The notes beneath the pieces are model-generated. The model ran no database searches, was not told where the DNA came from, and worked only from the letters and a program-made list of their open reading frames with translations. Below, one piece after another: positions 8,675 through 18,056 of a stretch of 64,000 bases of DNA; positions within the stretch are counted from its first letter, which is position 1, and every line of letters begins with the position of its first letter. Location: positions 4,227-68,226 of the IMG/VR virus record IMGVR_UViG_3300020577_001581; one strand, given 5' to 3'. The position numbers and the translations under genes are program-made. The stretch comes from a virus. Its lineage: Duplodnaviria > Caudoviricetes.

Positions 8675-9004
8675 ATGCAAAATGTACCTAAAAACACTTC
8701 ATTATCTGTAACTCATATTGGATTAAGTGATTTTCCAATAGTAGGTTATACTAATTTACCTAATAAAAATCTTTTTAATGAAATAAATGATGAAACAAAA
8801 GAAGTACCATATTCAGAGTTAGAAAAATCAATACTTAATAATATGAATAGTCTACCAAATACATTAGACTATGCTGATGATGAATGTGATACTCCAATTA
8901 TTATAGAAACAAAAGAGGAATTTCCTCCTTTACTAGAACCTTTATTTCATAATGAATGTTATAATGGTCTAAAGGAAGTTATACCTGTTACACGTAAATC
9001 ATAA
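8675..9004 (+). CDS. hypothetical protein
   Basis: CCAGGAG SD; 109 aa. Confidence 0.55.
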   Translation: MQNVPKNTSLSVTHIGLSDFPIVGYTNLPNKNLFNEINDETKEVPYSELEKSILNNMNSLPNTLDYADDECDTPIIIETKEEFPPLLEPLFHNECYNGLKEVIPVTRKS

Positions 9005-9025
9005 CACATAGAAAGGTTTAGCAAC

Positions 9026-11140
9026 ATGTTGGCGATAGATACTGAGACTACTGGAGTAGATTTCTATCATGGTGCTAGACCTTTCTTTGTTAGTATGTGT
9101 AATACAGAAGGTGAAGTTACATATTGGGAATTTGAAGTAAATCCTAAAACACGTCAAGTCATTTACAAAGAAGATGATTTAAAAGACATAGCAAACGTAA
9201 TGAAGCAAGAAAAAGATGGTTACTTGCTTCATAATTGTATATTCGATTATAATGCATTAGCATCTATAGGATTGTGGAAATATATAGACATTAATGAAGT
9301 ATTCGACAAAACACATGATACACTTCTGACTGCACATCTTTTACATAGCAATAAAGAAAAATCATTAGATAATATGTGTCTTCGTTGGCTTAATCTAGAC
9401 ATAACAAAGTATGAAAAAGATCTAGAGAAAGCTGTAAAGTATTGTCGTACACACGCTAAAGATTTAGGATGGAAGATAGCAAAGAAAGATAAAGAAGATG
9501 AAAATAGTATGCCCAGTGCAATAGATAAAACTTGGCAGTATGATTATTGGTTACCTAAAGCATTAGCTAAAAAATTGAATTATCCTGAAGATCATAAGTA
9601 TTACACTGTACTTCAAAAGTATGCATTACCAGACGTAGAAGTACTTAATCATCTTAATAGACGTTTACAAAAAGAAGTACGTCAACGTAAATTAGGAGCT
9701 CTATTAGATGAACGTAGAAAGCTTCTAAAAATTACTTACAATATGCAGCGAACAGGTATTACAGTATCTAGTAAAACGTTAGATAAAGTAAAAAATGAAT
9801 TCATAACAGAATCAACTAACTTAGCTACAAAATGTGTTAACATAGCAAAGTGTTTTAACTATGACTTAGTACTTCCTAAAGGAGGTTCTAACAAGTCATT
9901 AAATAGTTTTATGCTTGATACTCTCAAGTTACCGCCCAGGTACAGTAAAAAAGCTAAAACAAATAAACCATGTCTTGATAAGAATGTAATGTTACATTAT
10001 CAAGAGACATTGCCACAACGTAGTATTAGTTTGTTATTTATTAACAGTCTTCTTAGTAAGCGTGCAAGAGATGTTGCAGTTTCTTACATGAAGAGTTATC
10101 AACGTTTTTGGTTACCTACTGAACATAGTGATTATTTTGTATTACATCCTTCTCTTAATTTAACAGGTACTAATACATTACGTTGTTCATCTTCTCATCC
10201 TAATGAACAGAATATTTCTAAACGAGAAGGATTTAATGTACGTCAATGTTTTGGACCTAAACCTGGAAGAGAGTGGTGGTCATTAGACGGTAAGAATGTG
10301 GAATTGCGTATTCCAGCGTATGAATCAGGACAAAAAGAGTTTGTAGATTTATTTGAAAAACCTGATGAACCTCCTTACTATGGATCGAATCACCTTCTTA
10401 TATTTCATGTGTTATGGCCTGATTTATGGGAAGCTGCCGTAAAAGAAATAGGAGAGGAACAGGCTGGAAACTATTGCAAGAAAAAATACAATAGTACATA
10501 CTACCAATGGACCAAAAATGGAAACTTTGCAATCCAATATGGAGCTGTTGATAGAGAAGATGGAGAAGGTACAGCAGATAGAGCATACCATCAGGTAGGA
10601 GCTCACAGTAAGTTAAAGAAACGATTTACTAAACAAGAGCAGTTAAATCAATACTGGCTTAAGTTTGCTAATAAACATGGTTATGTCGAAACTATACCAG
10701 ACAAGAATGTTGATCCAACCAGAGGGTATCCATTACTTTGTAAACGAACAGATTATGGACGTGTTAAACCTACAATTCCATTGTCTTACCATGTTCAAGG
10801 TACGGCAATGTGGTTAACTGCTAGATGTAAGGTAGAAGTATCTTATAAACTAGAAGACTACCATAAACTAGATGGATTAGATTACTATTTGATTATGGAA
10901 GTACATGATGAAATTGTTTTAGATTTTCCTGCTAAAGGTAAGGAGGCCCTAGAATACGATCTTTCCCAGGAGAAATTAGCTAAGCAGAAAAATACTAAGG
11001 TATTGAATTATCGTTCGAATTTGGGTAAAATTAGAGAACTACAGAAGATAATGGAAAAGTGTGGAGAAGGTTTAAGTATACCTACTCCTTTTGGTGCTGA
11101 GTATCACGAAACAAACTGGGCAAAAGGTATTACAGTATGA
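9026..11140 (+). CDS. polA: family A DNA polymerase with 3'-5' exonuclease, no 5'-3' exonuclease
   Basis: Exo I DTETTG, Exo II HN..FD, Exo III Y...D; motif A DGKNVELR, motif B KNGNFAIQYG, motif C VHDE. Confidence 0.95.
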   Translation: MLAIDTETTGVDFYHGARPFFVSMCNTEGEVTYWEFEVNPKTRQVIYKEDDLKDIANVMKQEKDGYLLHNCIFDYNALASIGLWKYIDINEVFDKTHDTLLTAHLLHSNKEKSLDNMCLRWLNLDITKYEKDLEKAVKYCRTHAKDLGWKIAKKDKEDENSMPSAIDKTWQYDYWLPKALAKKLNYPEDHKYYTVLQKYALPDVEVLNHLNRRLQKEVRQRKLGALLDERRKLLKITYNMQRTGITVSSKTLDKVKNEFITESTNLATKCVNIAKCFNYDLVLPKGGSNKSLNSFMLDTLKLPPRYSKKAKTNKPCLDKNVMLHYQETLPQRSISLLFINSLLSKRARDVAVSYMKSYQRFWLPTEHSDYFVLHPSLNLTGTNTLRCSSSHPNEQNISKREGFNVRQCFGPKPGREWWSLDGKNVELRIPAYESGQKEFVDLFEKPDEPPYYGSNHLLIFHVLWPDLWEAAVKEIGEEQAGNYCKKKYNSTYYQWTKNGNFAIQYGAVDREDGEGTADRAYHQVGAHSKLKKRFTKQEQLNQYWLKFANKHGYVETIPDKNVDPTRGYPLLCKRTDYGRVKPTIPLSYHVQGTAMWLTARCKVEVSYKLEDYHKLDGLDYYLIMEVHDEIVLDFPAKGKEALEYDLSQEKLAKQKNTKVLNYRSNLGKIRELQKIMEKCGEGLSIPTPFGAEYHETNWAKGITV

Positions 11141-11337
11141 ATAATGAAATAGAAAAACTATGTAAAGAATTAGATATCCCAGTAACAATATTTGTATCTA
11201 CACCAGAAACAGAAGATAGTAAAATACTACGTGAACGATTAGAAGCTTTAGAAAAAGCTGATGAAGAAAAAAGAAATTTCTATAAACAAAAGTTAGAAAA
11301 ATTTTATAAAGAAAAATTAAAAAGTATTATGAAATAA
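11137..11337 (+). CDS. hypothetical coiled-coil protein
   Basis: ATGA overlap with polA stop. Confidence 0.6.
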   Translation: MNNEIEKLCKELDIPVTIFVSTPETEDSKILRERLEALEKADEEKRNFYKQKLEKFYKEKLKSIMK

Positions 11338-11365
11338 ATTACTAAACAAGTAATAAGAGGTTACT

Positions 11366-11662
11366 ATGTTACAATTTATGAAGATTGATAATATTGCTAA
11401 TGTAGCTTTAATTGTAGAAGAAGTAATAAGAACATATGATATAGATATAAATAATCCTAATAATTTAGAATCTGTTTATTTAGGTGTTTGTACATCAAAC
11501 AAATTAAAACATCTAGATAAATTTCAAGTAAGACAATTATATTACTTAGGTTGTATGTTACGTCAATCTAAACCATGGATAGCATTCGCTGCTATGTTTG
11601 AAAATTGGGACTATATACATGTCATTAATACGTTAGCTGCTAATGAAAAAGAGAATGTATGA
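11366..11662 (+). CDS. hypothetical protein
   Basis: GAGG SD; ATGA-coupled to next gene. Confidence 0.6.
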   Translation: MLQFMKIDNIANVALIVEEVIRTYDIDINNPNNLESVYLGVCTSNKLKHLDKFQVRQLYYLGCMLRQSKPWIAFAAMFENWDYIHVINTLAANEKENV

Positions 11663-12516
11663 ACATTAATGAAGTTCGTGGATTACCAGTAGAAGAAAGA
11701 TTCTTGTATTGGATTAAAGAACGTGAATCTATACGTAAGAAAAAAGAAGGTGAATTAGCTAGACCTTGGACAGATGATGAAATTCTTCATACGTATAGAT
11801 TTTGTAATGTTCGTAGAATGGATGACAAAGTAAGTAAATGGTTACAAAATAATTGGTATACTCCATATAAAGATAATTATAATATGTTATATGGAGTAGC
11901 AATAGCTCGTTTTATTAACTTACCAAAAACATTAAAACAAATAGAATCTGATATATTTAAAACTAATTATATAAACTATGAAAAACTAGTAGAAAAAATT
12001 AGAAATATAAAAAAGAAACAAGGTGTTATATTTAATGCTGCTTATGTTGTACGTGGAAACGACGGAGCTGATAAAATAGAATCAGTTATCATAGCAAACG
12101 TTAAACCATTACAAACTAAGCGAGTGTTCATTGATACTAGTTCAATGTACTATACCTGGAAAGAATTATGTAATTGTTTTGGTTTTGGTTCATTCATGGC
12201 TGGTCAAGTTACAGCAGACTTGAGACATGCTCTAACAGGTGAATGGAAAGATAAACTATCATGGGCACCAGAAGGTCCAGGCTCACAAAGAGGACTACAA
12301 AGACTTAAGAAACAACCTATTAACGCTATTAATCGTCATTGGTTAAAAGATTTTAGGAGTATAATTCTAAACGGGTTAGCATTAAATCTTCCCCAGGAGA
12401 TTACAGGACGATTAGAGGCACATGATTATCAAAACTGTTTATGTGAATTTGATAAATACGAAAGAATGTTACACGGACAAGGTAGACCTAAACAAAAATA
12501 TAAAAGAGATAAATAA
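11659..12516 (+). CDS. DNA base hypermodification protein, aGPT-Pplase / 5-hmdU DNA kinase helical-domain family
   Basis: ERE.IR.KK......PWTDD.IL..YRFCNV.R.DD, G.F.A.Q...DL, GPGS.RGL, QNCLCEFDKY.R. Confidence 0.8.
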   Translation: MNINEVRGLPVEERFLYWIKERESIRKKKEGELARPWTDDEILHTYRFCNVRRMDDKVSKWLQNNWYTPYKDNYNMLYGVAIARFINLPKTLKQIESDIFKTNYINYEKLVEKIRNIKKKQGVIFNAAYVVRGNDGADKIESVIIANVKPLQTKRVFIDTSSMYYTWKELCNCFGFGSFMAGQVTADLRHALTGEWKDKLSWAPEGPGSQRGLQRLKKQPINAINRHWLKDFRSIILNGLALNLPQEITGRLEAHDYQNCLCEFDKYERMLHGQGRPKQKYKRDK

Positions 12517-12522
12517 TAAACA

Positions 12523-13632
12523 ATGAGAATAGCTTGCATATATTGGTATACTAAAAGTGTAGGAGGTATTGCTACACATTTAAATTCATTACGTTTAGCA
12601 GCTACAGCAAATGGTGATACATTCGACATATTACATAGTAGAAACTGGAAAAATAAAAAACCTTGTTTGTTTCCTAAACGTAAATGGATAAATGGTGGTG
12701 ATACTAAAATATGGGTAGATGGAGAAGTACCACAAACTGAAGAAGCTGCTAAATGGTTAAATAATAACTATGATGCAATCTTTTATGGTTTTATATGTCC
12801 ACACAAAAATAAAGGGTATGAAGAACCACACTTTAAAGTGTTATATCTTGAATGTACATTACCTAAAATAGCTTTTGTAATGGATGGATACTGGGATGAT
12901 TACTCAGACTGGAGTGAACCAGTAGCTAAGTATTGTAGAGCTATCTTTTGTCCGTTAGAATCCTATGCTATGCCATTACGAAACAAAGGTATACCTAGGG
13001 TAAAGATTAGTCCATTTCCATTTATACCTAAAGATAATATAAAATCAGATAGATCAAAAGAACCGTTATTAGTTTGGCCTAATCAATGGAAAGAAATTAA
13101 AGGTACTAATACATTCTTAAAAGTACTTCCACAAATACCACAAGAAGTAAACATAGAAATGTATTCAACAGGAATACAGTATTTTCGTTTACGTAGTACA
13201 AAAGAGTGGAAGAAAGGAGTAGGATTAGACTGTTATGATACTAAATATTCAGGAGATGGTAAGGCTATTTATTATGGTAATGTTGATTTAGATACTATAA
13301 TTAAAGCTTATCAAGAAGCCTGGTTTACTGTTAACTTACAAGGTGTAACATCTAGACGTGATACATATAAAGCAGGAAGTTATAATAACACTGAAGTAGA
13401 AGCATTATATTATGGAGCTATTCCTATATTACATTCTAGTGTATTAAAAACTGATATACCTAAAGAATGTATAGCTACTGTACGCAATGCTTATAAGTTA
13501 CCTGATGTAATTAAAACTCTTATAAGTAATAAAACGATACAAGATCCAGTACGTAGAAAACGAGCTAAAGAATTTGTATTAGATAAACACTTAGCATACA
13601 AAACTTACAAAGATATAAGGAACGTTTTATGA
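12523..13632 (+). CDS. GT-B (GT4-like) glycosyltransferase
   Basis: N-terminal GGIATH loop; LLVWPNQW..IKG; C-terminal EALYYGAIPI. Confidence 0.7.
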   Translation: MRIACIYWYTKSVGGIATHLNSLRLAATANGDTFDILHSRNWKNKKPCLFPKRKWINGGDTKIWVDGEVPQTEEAAKWLNNNYDAIFYGFICPHKNKGYEEPHFKVLYLECTLPKIAFVMDGYWDDYSDWSEPVAKYCRAIFCPLESYAMPLRNKGIPRVKISPFPFIPKDNIKSDRSKEPLLVWPNQWKEIKGTNTFLKVLPQIPQEVNIEMYSTGIQYFRLRSTKEWKKGVGLDCYDTKYSGDGKAIYYGNVDLDTIIKAYQEAWFTVNLQGVTSRRDTYKAGSYNNTEVEALYYGAIPILHSSVLKTDIPKECIATVRNAYKLPDVIKTLISNKTIQDPVRRKRAKEFVLDKHLAYKTYKDIRNVL

Positions 13633-14486
13633 GTTTAGATTACACTATCTACATTCCTACGTGGGGTAGAGAAATTATAGAAACTGTAAAACAATTTACT
13701 ATTCCTATGTTAAACAATACTGTAATAGTAACTACATCAGACTGGAAAGATAAAATAATATTACCTCAAAATAATCAAATAAAACTAGTTACATTTGGAA
13801 GTAATAAAGGAGCATTGTATGCAAAACAAAATATTCTAGATTTTGTTAAACAAAACACTACATCAAAAGTACTTATATTGCTTGATGATGATTTACGTTT
13901 TGTTTATCATAATGGAATATTAGAAGAAGGTAGAAAAAGATTTAAACGAACCAAACCACAAGAACTAGAAGACTGTTTTACTGATATGGTAAACAGAATT
14001 CAATCTGAACCAGATCTAGGATTCATAAGCTTTAGTACTCCATACTTCAATCGATCAAAAGATAAGATAGAGGAATGCTGCTTTCCTAATGCCTCATTCA
14101 TCATAAATCTAGAGGTACAAAAAAAGACAGGAGCTAAGTTCATCGGACATGGTTTACAGACGCGAGAAGATGCTTTATTCGCTCTTACAACGTGGATAGC
14201 AGGTTATCGTAGCGAAACATACACTTGTCACGCAGTAGAGAATAGTGGTAGATCTGACGTAGGTGGAGAATCACTAGTGAATCCAATTGATGGAAAGCTA
14301 TTAGAAGGTAGGATACAGAGAGGAGCTAGAACAGAACAAGCACATAAGAAACTAAAAGAATTGTTTCCTAAATATACTACACTATATGAAAAGAAAAATA
14401 ATAGAATGAAAGAAGTAGGCACTACCGTAGAAATTAAAATCTACGGTAAGAAAGCCTACAAAGAAAATAAGCATAAAGTTAAGTAG
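13629..14486 (+). CDS. GT-A glycosyltransferase, TET-associated (TAGT/GREB1/J-glucosyltransferase-like)
   Basis: IYIPTWGR, LLDDDL.F DxD motif, EDALF, GG..L. Confidence 0.75.
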   Translation: MSLDYTIYIPTWGREIIETVKQFTIPMLNNTVIVTTSDWKDKIILPQNNQIKLVTFGSNKGALYAKQNILDFVKQNTTSKVLILLDDDLRFVYHNGILEEGRKRFKRTKPQELEDCFTDMVNRIQSEPDLGFISFSTPYFNRSKDKIEECCFPNASFIINLEVQKKTGAKFIGHGLQTREDALFALTTWIAGYRSETYTCHAVENSGRSDVGGESLVNPIDGKLLEGRIQRGARTEQAHKKLKELFPKYTTLYEKKNNRMKEVGTTVEIKIYGKKAYKENKHKVK

Positions 14487-14814
14487 TCTTCTTAGCTTCT
14501 GCCTTTTGTTCTTTCTTCTGCTTAGTCTTATAAGCTTTTATGAATTTAACACCTTGACGTGTTAAACATAAAGGCTTATGAATTTCTTCATCTAAAGTAC
14601 GTGCAGTCATACTTGGAGTCATATTTCGAAGGATGTAAATTTGATGTGGAATGTTCCACGTAACTCCTTGTTTACCTAATTCCTTTATAATAATATCTTC
14701 GCTAATATGACTCATGGCATCAATTGCACGATACTTGTAAAGTACTTCCATGATCATAATAAGCTTAGGTGACATGTTGTCAAGTGTTCGCTTCATGTAA
14801 TCTTTAGTTGCCAT
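14479..14814 (-). CDS. basic winged-helix-like DNA-binding protein, antisense to the operon
   Basis: Own promoter and GGAG SD; LT..G wing-like motif; Lys-rich tail. Confidence 0.6.
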   Translation of the reverse strand: MATKDYMKRTLDNMSPKLIMIMEVLYKYRAIDAMSHISEDIIIKELGKQGVTWNIPHQIYILRNMTPSMTARTLDEEIHKPLCLTRQGVKFIKAYKTKQKKEQKAEAKKTT

Positions 14815-14871
14815 CAGCTAAACTCCAGAATTTTAATTAATGACTAGACCAGCTCTAGTCCTACATGTTAT

Positions 14872-14900
14872 ATTATACAAGATACTGGAACAGTAGTCAA
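14872..14900 (-). promoter_or_regulatory. sigma70-type promoter (minus strand)
   Basis: TTGACT-N17-TATAAT upstream of 14479-14814. Confidence 0.7.
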
Positions 14901-14942
14901 ACAAAAAACACCAGAATTCGAAAGATTTTTAAAGAAGATTTT

Positions 14943-15581
14943 ATGAAGAAAAATGATTCAAAAAAAGATATCATAATCATCGAACCTCATTGCGATGATG
15001 CTTTCCTGTCGCTGGGATGGCACATAGAAAAATGGAAAAAAGATTTTAATATAACTATCATTACAGTATTCTGTAATCCAAAACGAGCAATTGAAGCAGC
15101 TAACTATGCAAAATCATTAGATATTAATAGTATTGTAATTAAACCTTTTCTCCAGGAAACAGAAATGTTAGGAGAATATACAATTAATACTATTAATCCT
15201 ATATTAAACTATTTAGTAGACAATTGTTTATACAATAAAAAATATAACATACAAACTATTTTATGTCCTATAGGATTACAACATCCTGATCATAAAAATA
15301 TAAGATTTACTTTAGATAGTGGATTAATTAAATCTAAAGAATTAGTACAATATTACTTAGATACACCTTATCAAAGTAAACAAAAATTAGCTGGTGAATT
15401 ACTTGAAAATGTAAAAGGTTATGTGATAGAATCTATATTATATCCTAATGCTAGGAAATGGAGACATTGTGTAACATTTAAAAGTCAAGCAAAGTTTTTT
15501 CATTTTAACAAAGAACTTAAAGAATCAATATTACCAGAAATTATTATAAGGAGTATAAATGTTAACAACGATACTAATTGA
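14943..15581 (+). CDS. PIG-L/LmbE-family N-acetylhexosamine deacetylase
   Basis: EPHCDD and HPDH metal/catalytic motifs; start moved to 14943 because the upstream part overlaps the reverse promoter. Confidence 0.8.
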   Translation: MKKNDSKKDIIIIEPHCDDAFLSLGWHIEKWKKDFNITIITVFCNPKRAIEAANYAKSLDINSIVIKPFLQETEMLGEYTINTINPILNYLVDNCLYNKKYNIQTILCPIGLQHPDHKNIRFTLDSGLIKSKELVQYYLDTPYQSKQKLAGELLENVKGYVIESILYPNARKWRHCVTFKSQAKFFHFNKELKESILPEIIIRSINVNNDTN

Positions 15582-16164
15582 TATGGATGAAGTGTTAACA
15601 GACTTTGTAGGAGCATATTGTAAATATGTATACGGAATTACCAGACAGAATCTAGAAAAATACTGGGAACCTGGTGAATATGGCATGCAACTTGCTCTAT
15701 CAAAATACACAGGAAAAGAAATAACTGAAGAAGATTTTTATAAAGCTATTGATAATCAAGTAGATTTTTGGGAAAATATGCCATGGACAAATTGGGGTAG
15801 ATTACTTATAGAAGTAATAGAAGGTTACAAAAGATTATACAAAGGGGAAATAGACTGGCATATTGTTACCTCTCCTGTTCATTGTGCCAGTAGTTACGTA
15901 GGTAAAACATTGTGGCTTAAACGAGAGTTTGGTAAAGAATTTAATAACTTTGCCATTACTCCACACAAAGAATTATTTGCTAAACAAGGAACTTATCTTA
16001 TAGATGATAGAGAATATAATGTAAATAAGTTTAGACAATTAGGAGGTAAAGCGTATTTATTTCCTGCTTATCATAATTCACATAAAATGAATTACGAGTA
16101 TATAATTTCTATTAAAGATTATTTACTACAACATCTGTCTGTTAATATTGGAAAGGAACTATAA
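15559..16164 (+). CDS. 5'(3')-deoxyribonucleotidase, HAD family
   Basis: IDMDEVLTDF motif I, TSP motif II, K, LIDD motif IV. Confidence 0.85.
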   Translation: MLTTILIDMDEVLTDFVGAYCKYVYGITRQNLEKYWEPGEYGMQLALSKYTGKEITEEDFYKAIDNQVDFWENMPWTNWGRLLIEVIEGYKRLYKGEIDWHIVTSPVHCASSYVGKTLWLKREFGKEFNNFAITPHKELFAKQGTYLIDDREYNVNKFRQLGGKAYLFPAYHNSHKMNYEYIISIKDYLLQHLSVNIGKEL

Positions 16165-16165
16165 A

Positions 16166-17311
16166 ATGCATTTTCGAACAAAGAATGTTAATACAGCATT
16201 CAAAAAACTGGTTACTTTATTCCATTACAGTAAAGATAGTAATATTGTAAAGGAGCAATCACGTAATGGACCAGTATTAATGTGTGTAGAGCCTGTTACA
16301 CTTACTTACAATAATCCGTTAGAAAGAGTATTATTTAATCCTAAACGTGATTGTAATCCTTTCTTTCATATGTATGAAGCTTTGTGGATGTTAGCTGGAA
16401 GGAATGATGTAAAGTCATTATCTACTTACACTTCCAAGATGGCACAATATTCAGACGATGGCATTACGTTCAATGGAGCATATGGTAAACGATGGTATAA
16501 GTATGTTGCTACTGAAAAGAAAATTACTGAAAATGAAACAACTACTTATCAGTATGAAGTATCTAATCAGCTTACCAGATTAATAAATCATCTAAAAGCT
16601 AATCCTACATCAAGACGTGCAGTCTTACAAATGTGGGATGTTTATGATGATTTAGAAAAAGTAGATACATCTAAGGATGTGTGTTGTAATCTTTCTGTAT
16701 GTTTTAGTATTAGAACAGTTACAGAACCTGATCAAAATTATTTAATCGATTCAAACAAGATGTATAAAACTGTTTCATACCTGGATATGACAGTATTTAA
16801 TCGTAGCAATGATTTGATAAAAGGTATGTTAGGAGCTAACTACGTACATTTTACTTTCCTCCAGGAATATATTGCAGAATGTTTAGAAGTAAAAGTAGGA
16901 AAGTATAATCAGATAAGTAATAATTTACATGTTTATCCAGATGCTATTTGGAAGCCTATTGAATGGTTAAAATGTAATACAGACATGTATGCTACTAAAC
17001 CTTCATTCGATAAACATATTCCACTATTACACAATGTTACTAAATTAGAATTTGATAGAGAATTACAAGATGTTGTAACTATGTGTGGAAATATAAAAAC
17101 TCTTAAAAAAGTAAATCCTAATGATTATAAATCATGTTTTATTAAAACAGTAGCAATACCAATGTTTAAAGCATATGCTTATTATAAAGAACCAGAGTCA
17201 GAAATTAACCATTTAATGTATTCTTGGTTAGATGAAATTAATTTACCTGATTGGAAGCTAGCAGCTACACAATGGATAAATAATAGATTAAATAAACTTC
17301 AAAACAAATAA
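16166..17311 (+). CDS. thymidylate synthase homologue, probable dUMP hydroxymethyltransferase
   Basis: NPFF...EALWMLAGRND, YG.R, SRRAVLQMWD, DVCCN catalytic Cys, RSND...GAN, NNLHVY, C-terminal DW..A..W..R extension. Confidence 0.85.
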   Translation: MHFRTKNVNTAFKKLVTLFHYSKDSNIVKEQSRNGPVLMCVEPVTLTYNNPLERVLFNPKRDCNPFFHMYEALWMLAGRNDVKSLSTYTSKMAQYSDDGITFNGAYGKRWYKYVATEKKITENETTTYQYEVSNQLTRLINHLKANPTSRRAVLQMWDVYDDLEKVDTSKDVCCNLSVCFSIRTVTEPDQNYLIDSNKMYKTVSYLDMTVFNRSNDLIKGMLGANYVHFTFLQEYIAECLEVKVGKYNQISNNLHVYPDAIWKPIEWLKCNTDMYATKPSFDKHIPLLHNVTKLEFDRELQDVVTMCGNIKTLKKVNPNDYKSCFIKTVAIPMFKAYAYYKEPESEINHLMYSWLDEINLPDWKLAATQWINNRLNKLQNK

Positions 17312-17335
17312 CTATTTTAATTCTAAGGAGCTACT

Positions 17336-17968
17336 ATGTCTGAACAAAATTGGGATAATCAAATTGGTGGTAATCATTATCGTACAACAGAAGGTGAACA
17401 ACACTGGGATATGGTAGTGCGATTGTTTGGGTTAGAGGCAGCCAGAGGATACTTAGTCGGATGTGCTACTAAATATATGTTACGAGCTCATGTAAAAGAA
17501 GAAGGTAAGAATGAATTAGCAGATGTTGCAAAAGCTATTCACTATATGAACAAGTGGAAGTCTATTCTTGAAAAAGAAAGTAAAAAAGAATTTAAAACTA
17601 TTGTAATTAAACAAAAAGGATTAGAAGTAAAATATCCTACATCTGTTACATTATCTAATGGTACATATCTATGTGAAGATGTAGTATACTCATACCAGTA
17701 TGAGCAAGGATCTAATATCAGGACTGTATTTAAAGTATGTTCAGGATACTTTACAGCACTATTGAAGAACTTCTATAAACCTGATTTTACAACACTAGAA
17801 TTTAGTTGTGATTTTTGTAATATAACACTTGATAAAAATAATCATATTATAAATATCAATAAACTATATACATATACTACAACAACTATTAAGCAATTAG
17901 AAGCTGCTGACATATATCCAGCTAATGAAATAGAGATAGCAGCATTCGAAAAAGCAATGAAACGATAA
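17336..17968 (+). CDS. DUF3310/SaV-like domain protein
   Basis: QIGGNHY...G...KY..RA..K....D..KA.HY at the N-terminus. Confidence 0.75.
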   Translation: MSEQNWDNQIGGNHYRTTEGEQHWDMVVRLFGLEAARGYLVGCATKYMLRAHVKEEGKNELADVAKAIHYMNKWKSILEKESKKEFKTIVIKQKGLEVKYPTSVTLSNGTYLCEDVVYSYQYEQGSNIRTVFKVCSGYFTALLKNFYKPDFTTLEFSCDFCNITLDKNNHIININKLYTYTTTTIKQLEAADIYPANEIEIAAFEKAMKR

Positions 17969-17973
17969 GTATC

Positions 17974-18002
17974 TTGACATTTTATATAATATTCCTTATA
18001 AT
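17974..18002 (+). promoter_or_regulatory. consensus sigma70 promoter
   Basis: TTGACA-N17-TATAAT before the primase-helicase gene. Confidence 0.8.
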
Positions 18003-18056
18003 ATAAAGTATTGTAAGGAATATTATTTTTGTCTAAACAATCAATAAGGTAGGATA

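Noticed and set aside
14865-14942. N-terminal extension of the PIG-L deacetylase given by the ORF track
   Set aside because: Overlaps the reverse-strand promoter at 14872-14900; the domain starts shortly after Met at 14943
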